From Planctopirus limnophila DSM 3776 (GTDB lineage: Bacteria; Planctomycetota; Planctomycetia; Planctomycetales; Planctomycetaceae), in assembly GCF_000092105.1 (NCBI RefSeq), contig NC_014148.1, forward strand, positions 3,900,001 to 3,932,000: a DNA stretch of 32,000 nucleotides, read 5' to 3'. Under the pieces are notes generated by a model. That model had not been told where the DNA came from and ran no database searches. It saw nothing but the letters and a program-made list of their open reading frames with translations. Both the position numbers and the translations under genes were made by a program. Below are positions 9,632-17,066 of the stretch, in pieces. Within the stretch, counting starts at the first letter, position 1. Every line of letters begins with the position of its first letter.

Positions 9632-10603
9632 ATGAATTCAGCCAATCGAAAGAAGGTCGCAGTAATCACTTCATATGTTCAGCAATCATTTTCCGAAAGT
9701 GATTGGTACGCGATTGGGCAGCTTACAGGTCAACTCAACACAATCTCAGGTCACTCGAGGCTCTTGCGAGCGTTGAATTTTGGAGACGACGACTATTCTG
9801 GTTGCGCAGCGGAAGTTCTTGACAGAATCTTCTCCGCAAATGAATCGGCCATTGATGAGGTGATCGACCACTTCGACATCGACCTTTGGTACCAGCAGAA
9901 AAGTCCTGAAAAGTACAACAGACTGTTCTCCGCCGCGGCCTCGTCCTCTGCGGACTTTTGGAAAAGTGGTTTTCTTAAGTTATTCGTTAGCCATCTTTCA
10001 TCCAATAAGACTCGAATGTCTGCACTCAAAGCTGGGCTGGCGACTTGGGGAATTTCAGCCTTCATCGCACACGAAGATATCGAGGCATCTCGTGAATGGA
10101 GGGATGAAGTCGAAGCCGGCTTGGAAACGATGGATGTGCTTGCGGCCGTCGTAGAACCAGGATTCAAGGAATCAGATTGGTGCGTACAAGAGGTCGGTTA
10201 CGCCCTAGGCCGCAAAATCGATGTAATTCCACTACGAGCAGGATTAGACCCTTTTGGTTTCTTTGGAAAGTTTCAAGGAATTCAGATCAAAGGGCGACTT
10301 CCCGAGCAGGTGGCATGCGATATTACACAAGTTCTTCTCAAGAAACCTCAATATAGAGAGAGGCTCATCCAAAGCATATCAATAGCCTTTTCAACACTGG
10401 CTTCCGAGAAAAAGATCGAAAATATTAACACGCTAGACGAATGGTCGATTCTTACCGACATTCAGTTGAAAACTGTGGTCGAGCAAGCCGCGATGTCAGG
10501 GGCTGAGAAGCAAGCGGCGAAGAATCTGATCGCTCGCATTGGAGCATTCAAAGCAGCAGAAGTCGAAGTCAACCTGCCTGACGACGATGACATTCCGTTT
10601 TGA
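9632..10603 (+). CDS. TIR-domain protein (ThsB-like candidate) with unassigned N- and C-terminal regions
   Basis: Central region LFVSHLSSNKTRMSALKAGLATWGISAFIAHEDIEASREWRDEVEAGLETMDVLAAVVEPGFKESDWCVQEVGYALGRKIDVIPL fits the bacterial TIR pattern (F-[IV]-S-[HY]...; F.D.dI..g..W...I; then S.WC..E). The candidate catalytic Glu is in WCVQE (codon 10190-10192). I prefer the ATG at 9632, preceded by GGAAAGG, over the TTG at 9620. Confidence 0.75.
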   Translation: MNSANRKKVAVITSYVQQSFSESDWYAIGQLTGQLNTISGHSRLLRALNFGDDDYSGCAAEVLDRIFSANESAIDEVIDHFDIDLWYQQKSPEKYNRLFSAAASSSADFWKSGFLKLFVSHLSSNKTRMSALKAGLATWGISAFIAHEDIEASREWRDEVEAGLETMDVLAAVVEPGFKESDWCVQEVGYALGRKIDVIPLRAGLDPFGFFGKFQGIQIKGRLPEQVACDITQVLLKKPQYRERLIQSISIAFSTLASEKKIENINTLDEWSILTDIQLKTVVEQAAMSGAEKQAAKNLIARIGAFKAAEVEVNLPDDDDIPF

Positions 10604-10754
10604 CAGCGAAGCGAATCACGTTGAGTGGAATACGATAGTTTCAATTGGCGGCGTATCGCTGGTCACTGGAATTAAATAGCGGACGGCATCTAAGTTTTTT
10701 GCGATCCATCCAAATGAGAATTCTCTTCTAAGAAATGCAAAGGTATTTGAACAT

Positions 10755-12080
10755 ATGGCGGAGCGCAGACATCGTTTTGAAGGCTTGGTGCCAGAAATGC
10801 TCATACAGAGTATCCGCGATCATCGGTGCGTGCTTTTCGCTGGCGCCGGGATGTCAGCCCAAGCTCAAACTCAAGACGGCACACGCCTCCCGACTTGGAG
10901 TGCTCTGCTCGAGCGAATGCTGAACTGGTGTATCGATCATCGAGTTCCACTTCGGGCTGATCCAGCAGAGTTCAAAGAGGTACTGAAGCGTGGGAGGTTG
11001 CTCGTTGTTGCTCAAGAACTTCAGCAGAGTCTCGGTAGCCAGCTAAACACTTGCTTGTCAGCAATTCTCCATACCGGCAAGACAACACCAAGTGAAGCAC
11101 ATCGTTTGGTATCGAGAATTGATTGGGTTGCTGCGCTTTCGTCTAACTATGATGGACTGATTGAAGGGGCCTATGCACTTGAAACTGGTGGCATCGTCCC
11201 ACCAGTTTTCTCTCCTGCCGGAATTGGTCAGGCTCTCGATTGCCTTCGAAGTAACCGCTTCTTCGTCTTGAAAGTGCATGGCGATGTCAATCTCCCCGGC
11301 TCAATAGTGTTAAGCAACCGAGACTATTCAAGACTTCTATATTTGAGCCCCGGCTACCGATCTTTTCTTGAATCTATCTTTTCAAACTATACCGTTCTAT
11401 TTGTAGGATTTGGCGGGAATGATCCAGATCTTGATGGAATAGTGGATAGACTATCCACAATCTACGAACATAGTATCGGACAGCACTTCATATTGATTTC
11501 TGAGGATGAATTTACTGCGCTCGAACGTAGGCGTCTACTTGAAGACAAGCGCCTAGACTGCATTACGTATCGACGGGATGCCTCACATTCACAAGTCGTC
11601 GAATTTCTTTGGGCGCTGTCACAGCGGTTAACTTCAAAGGCAGTCGTTAACACGCCGTTTGCTAAAGACGAGAACAAACAACGCGCGTTCATATCTGGGA
11701 GTTCTCGACAAATAGGCATGCTTCGCGAAGTGGCCGAGATAGCAAGGCAGGTAGGCTTTGATGTGTGGTACTCCGAGACAGAGATCGCTGTGGGCGATCG
11801 TTTGGTTGATGTGATCGCCAAGTGTATCGACGAGGCGGACTGTTTCATTGTTATTCTGTCAAAAGAGTCAGGGGAGTCTTCTTGGGTTCACTTTGAAATC
11901 GGCAGGGCCTTTGGAGCGCACAAAAAGGTGTTTCCAATCCGCATTGGTGATGCTCCTGTACCCTCAGACCTGATGAACGTTGTCTACCTGCAAGTCAGCG
12001 AGCCACCATTTAACGCTGAAGATAAAGAAAAAATCATGATGAACCTGGCGAGATTTCTTAAGCCCACGAAATCTAGCTAG
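10755..12080 (+). CDS. SIR2-family (SIR2_2-like) NADase domain fused to a C-terminal TIR domain
   Basis: N-terminal part: CVLFAGAGMS (Rossmann glycine loop), LPTWSALL, SSNYDGLIE (Asn131, codon 11145-11147), VLKVHGDV (His175, codon 11277-11279) and LFVGFGGNDPDLD, which are the defining motifs of ThsA/DSR-type prokaryotic SIR2 domains. C-terminal aa ~310-415: RAFISGSS...GFDVWYSETEIAVGDRLVDVI...ADCFIVILSKESGESSWVHFEIG, a TIR pattern with the conserved Glu381 (codon 11895-11897). Confidence 0.8.
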   Translation: MAERRHRFEGLVPEMLIQSIRDHRCVLFAGAGMSAQAQTQDGTRLPTWSALLERMLNWCIDHRVPLRADPAEFKEVLKRGRLLVVAQELQQSLGSQLNTCLSAILHTGKTTPSEAHRLVSRIDWVAALSSNYDGLIEGAYALETGGIVPPVFSPAGIGQALDCLRSNRFFVLKVHGDVNLPGSIVLSNRDYSRLLYLSPGYRSFLESIFSNYTVLFVGFGGNDPDLDGIVDRLSTIYEHSIGQHFILISEDEFTALERRRLLEDKRLDCITYRRDASHSQVVEFLWALSQRLTSKAVVNTPFAKDENKQRAFISGSSRQIGMLREVAEIARQVGFDVWYSETEIAVGDRLVDVIAKCIDEADCFIVILSKESGESSWVHFEIGRAFGAHKKVFPIRIGDAPVPSDLMNVVYLQVSEPPFNAEDKEKIMMNLARFLKPTKSS

Positions 12081-12283
12081 GCACTCACCTTCCGCGTCAG
12101 GCCCACCGCTCGCTTCCCACACTCCCTTGAACTCCACCGTCTTGACGCAACATCCCATCCAGCCAACCCGTGGCATTCCGCTTGCCGAGTACGATATACT
12201 TGGTCTTTCTGAACGGATTGTCATGATGGGCTGAGCGTCTGTTGGTCGTGTTCGCAGTGGCGGGATGGTCACGGGAGGGGAGC

Positions 12284-13954
12284 ATGGAGGAGCGTTCGAG
12301 GCTGCCGATCAGCATGCCGTCGTTTTTGACCGATTCCCGCGTGCTGCCGAACTCCATCGCGGCGGAGCAGCTTGCCGCCGAAAGACAGGCCACAGAGCGA
12401 CTTGCTCAGGAACAATCCCCCGCCCGGCTTGGGGTGGCCTGGCGGGAGTTGCTGGCGGTTCTGCTGCTGGTCGTTCTGGGCGATCTCACCCTCTACCGGG
12501 GCCACGGGTTTGGCGGGTATGCCCTGCTGCTCGCGGCGGCTCCGCTGGCACTGCTCCTGGGTGCCGCCCGGCATCAACGCCCCTGGCAGGTCCTCGCCGC
12601 CACGGTCATGATCTGGGGAGCCGCCCTCCGGCTGGCGTGGTGCGGCAACTGGCTCGCCTTCGCACTCGGTGGCGTACTCCTCATCTGCCTTTCCACCAGT
12701 CTTGCCGGTGCCGGGATGTATTTGGGAGATGTCCTCAGGTGGCTGGCTTCGTTCATTCCCAGTCTCTTTCGCGGCCTGGCCGATTACGAAGCGACCTTCC
12801 GTCAGCGGGTGAGCCTCCGCTGGGGATTGCCGGCCCAGGCGATCCTGTGGGCCTACCTCCTCCCGCCGATTTGCGCCGTGATCTTTCTCGGGCTGTTCAT
12901 CCAGGCCAACCCCGATGTCTCGCTCTGGGTTCAGCAACGCCTGCTCTCCTTTCAGGAACTCTGGTCGCAGGTCTGGTCAATCATTGGTTCTCCCTATCGG
13001 ATGGGCTTCTGGCTGATCTGCGGCTCCGTGGCGATCGGACTCATGCGGCCGCACCTGATGACCCTCTATGAGGTCTTTCAGACAGAACCATTGGAAGACT
13101 TGAAGGTTGATAACACATCGCGGACCGATCTCTACCCCGCCTATCGCAATACGATCCTCGTGCTGATTGTCCTCTTCGCGATGTATCTCGTTTTTGAATT
13201 CGTGACGATGTGGACGCGGACCTTCCCGCCGGGCTTCCACTATTCGGGGTATGCGCATGAAGGGGCCGCCTGGCTGACAGTGGCCTTGGCGCTGGCGACG
13301 ATCATGCTGTCGATCATCTTCAATGCCTCGATGATGACCGACCCGCGCATGCCCGCACTGCGGAACCTGGCCATGATCTGGGCGGCAGAGAACATCCTGC
13401 TGGCGCTGGCGGTCTACAACCGGCTCTTAATCTATGTCGGCTTCAACGGCATGACGCGAATGCGGGTCGTGGGGATATTGGGTGTCACCAGTGTTCTGGC
13501 GGGAGTGGTGCTGGTGATGATCAAGATTTCGCGGGGGCACAGCTTCGGCTGGCTGCTCAAGAATCAGATCTTCGTGGTGGCTGTCGCTGCCTACCTATAT
13601 GCCGTGCTGCCAGTGGATGGCTGGGTAATGACCTACAACGTGCGGCAGGTGCTGGTGGGCAACCTTCCACCCAGCGTGCAGATTGCCCACCATCCCACCA
13701 CGACCGAAGGCTGGCTGGCACTGCTCCCCCTGCAACAGGCCGAGAACCAAGTCATTCGCGAAGGGGTGGTCGAAATGTTGACCAATCACGAACGCCGCCT
13801 CAAAGACGTAACGCCCATCGACTGGACGGCCCGGCAACTGGCGGACGAACAGTTCCTGCGAGCCGTGGCACTCCCTGAAAACGATAGCTTGCGAAAGCCG
13901 ATCAAGCCCGGCGCGGAAGACCGGTTTCGCTCGTTTTCGTTTCAGTGGTATTAG
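12284..13954 (+). CDS. Large polytopic membrane protein (possibly DUF4153/DUF4173-like, from memory only)
   Basis: At least 10 hydrophobic helices. I prefer the ATG at 12284, preceded by GGGAGGGG, over the TTG at 12242. G+C is very high (43/60 in the sampled line 12481-12540), and this produces long spurious ORFs in other frames. Confidence 0.7.
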   Translation: MEERSRLPISMPSFLTDSRVLPNSIAAEQLAAERQATERLAQEQSPARLGVAWRELLAVLLLVVLGDLTLYRGHGFGGYALLLAAAPLALLLGAARHQRPWQVLAATVMIWGAALRLAWCGNWLAFALGGVLLICLSTSLAGAGMYLGDVLRWLASFIPSLFRGLADYEATFRQRVSLRWGLPAQAILWAYLLPPICAVIFLGLFIQANPDVSLWVQQRLLSFQELWSQVWSIIGSPYRMGFWLICGSVAIGLMRPHLMTLYEVFQTEPLEDLKVDNTSRTDLYPAYRNTILVLIVLFAMYLVFEFVTMWTRTFPPGFHYSGYAHEGAAWLTVALALATIMLSIIFNASMMTDPRMPALRNLAMIWAAENILLALAVYNRLLIYVGFNGMTRMRVVGILGVTSVLAGVVLVMIKISRGHSFGWLLKNQIFVVAVAAYLYAVLPVDGWVMTYNVRQVLVGNLPPSVQIAHHPTTTEGWLALLPLQQAENQVIREGVVEMLTNHERRLKDVTPIDWTARQLADEQFLRAVALPENDSLRKPIKPGAEDRFRSFSFQWY

Positions 13955-14167
13955 CGCGGGCTCGATGAACAAGACGAAACTTCCAGTCTCGATGCAGGGC
14001 TGAGTACAGTCTGCGAAGCTTCAGCGAGATACTGCGCCGCTTCCCATGAGCAGGGGAGTTGACCAGTGGCTGCTGTGCTGATTGGGGCGCAGTTTTCCGT
14101 GGTTGAGCGAGTTCTTGATCGCAAGGCATGCAAGCCCTGTCAGTTCTTCCTATTAACAATTGGCAAC

Positions 14168-14193
14168 AGCATGTTTCATTTTTGAAACATGCT
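14168..14193. repeat. Perfect 11-bp inverted repeat (hairpin or operator candidate)
   Basis: AGCATGTTTCA (14168-14178), TTTT, TGAAACATGCT (14183-14193). Read directly from the sequence. Intergenic, with no U-tract on either side. Confidence 0.5.
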
Positions 14194-14383
14194 CGCTCGT
14201 CACTGCGTTCATTCTCCTCCGTAAATCCTCGTTAAATCGAGTGTTTCCCCTCAACTGGCCGGTTAGGTATGCGAAATGCACTGATTTGGTAGCAGTGACC
14301 GGAGCAGGTCTGAATGTTTCAAAAGGCGAAGGGAGTCTTTTGTTTTCTGTGATTGGTTTTCTCTGATCGAGAAGGTGTTTGCC

Positions 14384-14629
14384 ATGGAACCAGTGGCCAA
14401 CCGGAATGACGGCAACCTCTACGCGTCGAATACCATCGAGCCCAGCCTCATGTATCTGCTCGTGGGGATGGGTGTCATGTTCTTTCTGGTGCTCACCTTG
14501 ATTGGTGTGAACGGCCGGGGAGAATCCACAGGCGACAAAGTCTTCCCGAAGACGAGGCCATCGGCTCCGGCAGATGAAGTCCCTTCCGAGCCCTCGCCAG
14601 AAATTGGCGGCTTGCTTCCCACGAATTGA
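14384..14629 (+). CDS. Small single-pass membrane protein (hypothetical, 81 aa)
   Basis: The ATG at 14384 is preceded by GAAGG with 8-nt spacing. One clear TM helix (LMYLLVGMGVMFFLVLTLIGV) is followed by a Pro/Ser/Glu-rich tail. It competes with an Arg-rich 163-aa antisense ORF that looks non-coding. Confidence 0.4.
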   Translation: MEPVANRNDGNLYASNTIEPSLMYLLVGMGVMFFLVLTLIGVNGRGESTGDKVFPKTRPSAPADEVPSEPSPEIGGLLPTN

Positions 14630-14801
14630 ATCAGAAGGATTCACGATTGCTGTGGATTGGCGTTAAGACGAATTCTTGCGCTGACCGTGGGTGAAGAATT
14701 CCTCCCACTTGAGGCGTCACTGGTCATTTGGCTGAAAAATCGTCAACGTAAAGCAGAGAAGTTTCTCATGTTTTACGCTGTCCATCTGCCAATGGTTGAC
14801 C

Positions 14802-16727
14802 ATGAGTCGTCCTGCTGAATCGCCTACTCCCGAAGAAATCTCGCCGGTCTTTCGACTGAGTGACAAGACCACGCTCTTCCCGGTCATTCACGAGAGCGGT
14901 GATTTCTCCGTCGCTATTCGCCGGTTTTTACTACACCACAGCTTCGATTGCCTCGCTGTGCCGCTGCCACCTTCCTTTGCCGAAGCTGTCGAGCAGGCCA
15001 TTCTGCAATTGCCTTCGGTTTCGATTGTCCTGCAGCGGGAAACCGCCATTCCGACTGTGAGATCGTGGACACCACCTGCTGAGACGCGGGATGACGATGA
15101 ACAGCCGGAATTTTTTACCCGTGCCGCCAGCTATGTGCCGGTTGAACCTTGCCAACCAGTCATTGCCGCTCTTCGTGCAGCCATGGAAGAACGGATTCCC
15201 CGGGCATTCATCGACCTCGAAACCGATCACTTTGAATGTCATACCGCCGTCTATCCCGATCCTTACTCACTCAAGCATACGACTCCTGAAGCGTTTGCTG
15301 CAGCCATTCTCCCTGCGATTCCTCCACCACCGGGAGAACAAGCCTACGCCCGCATTCATACCATGGCTCATCGCCTGCACGAACTCGAACAGCGGTACAA
15401 CTCGATTCTCTGTATCTGCTCGCTGACAGATTGGCCATGGATTCGCAAAGCGTACCAGGATCGCCTCCCCCAAGTGACAGACGACCAGGTGGAATCGGTC
15501 GAAACGTTTGCAGTCACTCCGGAAACACTACATTTCATGATGGGTGAGCTGCCCTATATCACCGGTCTTTATGAGCGGGCACGAGCCGAGTTGGAATCCG
15601 ATGAGAACCTGAGCATCGACGGCGTCAAAACCATGCTGCTCGCGACACGCGATGAATATCGCGAAGACCTGGGTTCCCGCGCACGCAAGATTACCCCTAA
15701 GCTTCTCAAGACGTACTTTCAGTATGTCCGTAATCTCACACTGATTCAGAAACATCTCACTCCTTCGCTCTATACGCTGATCTCAGCGGCTCAGCAGATT
15801 GCTGGAGATCTGTTTGCCGTGCAACTGGCCGATGTGGCTCAGCAGTACGGCTATCCACCTCTGGACGGTGTTCCCCCTTTGCGCATGGGCATCAATAAAG
15901 CCGCCCTGCCGGATGGAACTTTCTATGGCATGAAAACGCGTCTGCCTGGTCAGACCCGGGTCTGGTGTACCCTAAAGCTCACACCCAAGCCACCTCAACT
16001 CCAGCAGCAGGATTGGCAGTCGCGATGGAATCCATTTCGCCAGTGCAGCTGGCCACCAGAAGATCTGGCGATCGAGAAATTCCGCACGCATATCAAGGAT
16101 TCTGCAATCGCGTTAATGGGTGCTGATCTGGCCCGCAGTGAAAAGTTCACAACCAGTTTGAAGGATGGTCTCGATATGCGCGAGACGCTTCGCAACTGGC
16201 ATTCGGGAGAGTTGTATGTTCGTATTAATCCGCCCGCCCGCGGGAATCTCGATTGCGTGATTATGCTGTTTGATTCCCCCGCCGACCCGCGCACTTATCC
16301 CTGGCGGGTGACGTGGCATGCCGAGCATCACGATGAATCGACGCTTTCACTCTTTGCGACCGATTACCGCGCCAGTATGCAAGGCCCGGGGATTGGCATG
16401 GCGACTTATGGCGGTGCCATGTTTTTATTTCCGCCCCGGCCGATTCCCGATATCTGGCGGTCGAGGCATTTCGATCATGCCGACACTCTTGAAGAGCGGT
16501 TGATTATGGCGGCTTGTCATTACTCGCGGGAAAAGCATATCGCCATGCTCAGCCCCCTTCCCCCCGGGTTGGCATGGAAGAAGATTGCCCAGCGCTACGG
16601 CAAAAAACTGATCCACCTGCCCCTTTCGAGATTCAGCCAGGAGACAATCGAAAAGCTCCGCGTCTTCCATGTACTTAATGGAACCAGCGTTCGCAGCTAC
16701 GCCGCTCATTTTATCCGCAAAGGCTGA
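14802..16727 (+). CDS. Large conserved hypothetical protein, 641 aa; N-terminus is TraB/GumN- or DUF5682-like by pattern only
   Basis: Long uninterrupted ORF with protein-like composition. The N-terminal TLFPVIHESGDFSVAIRRFLLHHSFDCLAVPLPPSF and later IPRAFIDLE resemble the H-containing strand, helix and 'PD-vvavE' layout of TraB/DUF5682 families. No catalytic assignment is possible. I prefer the ATG at 14802 over the TTG at 14796. Confidence 0.7.
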   Translation: MSRPAESPTPEEISPVFRLSDKTTLFPVIHESGDFSVAIRRFLLHHSFDCLAVPLPPSFAEAVEQAILQLPSVSIVLQRETAIPTVRSWTPPAETRDDDEQPEFFTRAASYVPVEPCQPVIAALRAAMEERIPRAFIDLETDHFECHTAVYPDPYSLKHTTPEAFAAAILPAIPPPPGEQAYARIHTMAHRLHELEQRYNSILCICSLTDWPWIRKAYQDRLPQVTDDQVESVETFAVTPETLHFMMGELPYITGLYERARAELESDENLSIDGVKTMLLATRDEYREDLGSRARKITPKLLKTYFQYVRNLTLIQKHLTPSLYTLISAAQQIAGDLFAVQLADVAQQYGYPPLDGVPPLRMGINKAALPDGTFYGMKTRLPGQTRVWCTLKLTPKPPQLQQQDWQSRWNPFRQCSWPPEDLAIEKFRTHIKDSAIALMGADLARSEKFTTSLKDGLDMRETLRNWHSGELYVRINPPARGNLDCVIMLFDSPADPRTYPWRVTWHAEHHDESTLSLFATDYRASMQGPGIGMATYGGAMFLFPPRPIPDIWRSRHFDHADTLEERLIMAACHYSREKHIAMLSPLPPGLAWKKIAQRYGKKLIHLPLSRFSQETIEKLRVFHVLNGTSVRSYAAHFIRKG

Positions 16728-17066
16728 ACTTACCCCAGTCGCTATTATGTCCCAGAGAAGTCAGGCCCTTCGTTGAAGCGCAGGTCGGCCTGATGTGCTA
16801 CTTTTGTCGCTTGAAGCGAATATCTCAGGCGATCTTCGTTCAACGTTTCTAAGCAAGACATCACAATCGCTCATTATTTTCTTTCCCGTATACTTCTGAT
16901 ACACCTTTCAATACCCGAGCATCACTCATTCGTCGTAAGATTTCGAGAATGTCATACCAATCCATTGAACCACATCTTCGTACCGACCACAGCGGTGCCA
17001 ATCGAGATTAATCAGGAAGAACGCGTTGAGACTTCTTGAGACAAACACTATTTCACGAATTATTAC

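Noticed and set aside
4317-12080. The idea that the SbcD-like/SMC-like pair and the TIR/SIR2 genes form a single four-gene system
   Set aside because: They are separated by a 400-nt gap containing a transposase remnant and by a sharp compositional change. The nuclease/ATPase pair is a widespread stand-alone repair module.
12081-12240. Possible right-end remnant of the islet (short frame ending ...RGIPLAEYDILGLSERIVMMG*), and a search for direct repeats matching the left junction
   Set aside because: The frame is only about 40 codons with no recognisable family. I found no repeat shared with 9221-9300, so no target-site duplication or att-like site can be claimed.
12265-13071. Long ORFs of 268 aa (+) and 222 aa (-, 12269..12937) overlapping the membrane-protein gene
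   Set aside because: They are Arg/Pro/Gly-rich, low-complexity translations typical of off-frame reading of very GC-rich coding DNA. The frame at 12284..13954 gives coherent TM helices.
14153-14644. 163-aa minus-strand ORF
   Set aside because: It has an Arg/His-rich, non-protein-like composition with no motifs or TM segments. The opposite-strand 81-aa ORF has an SD-like GAAGG and a clean TM helix. Neither ORF is certain.
16861-16965. 34-codon minus-strand ORF (MDWYDILEILRRMSDARVLKGVSEVYGKENNERL) between the 641-aa gene and J2
   Set aside because: It is short, has no SD and matches no family I recognise. It could be a gene fragment, but I cannot support it from sequence alone.
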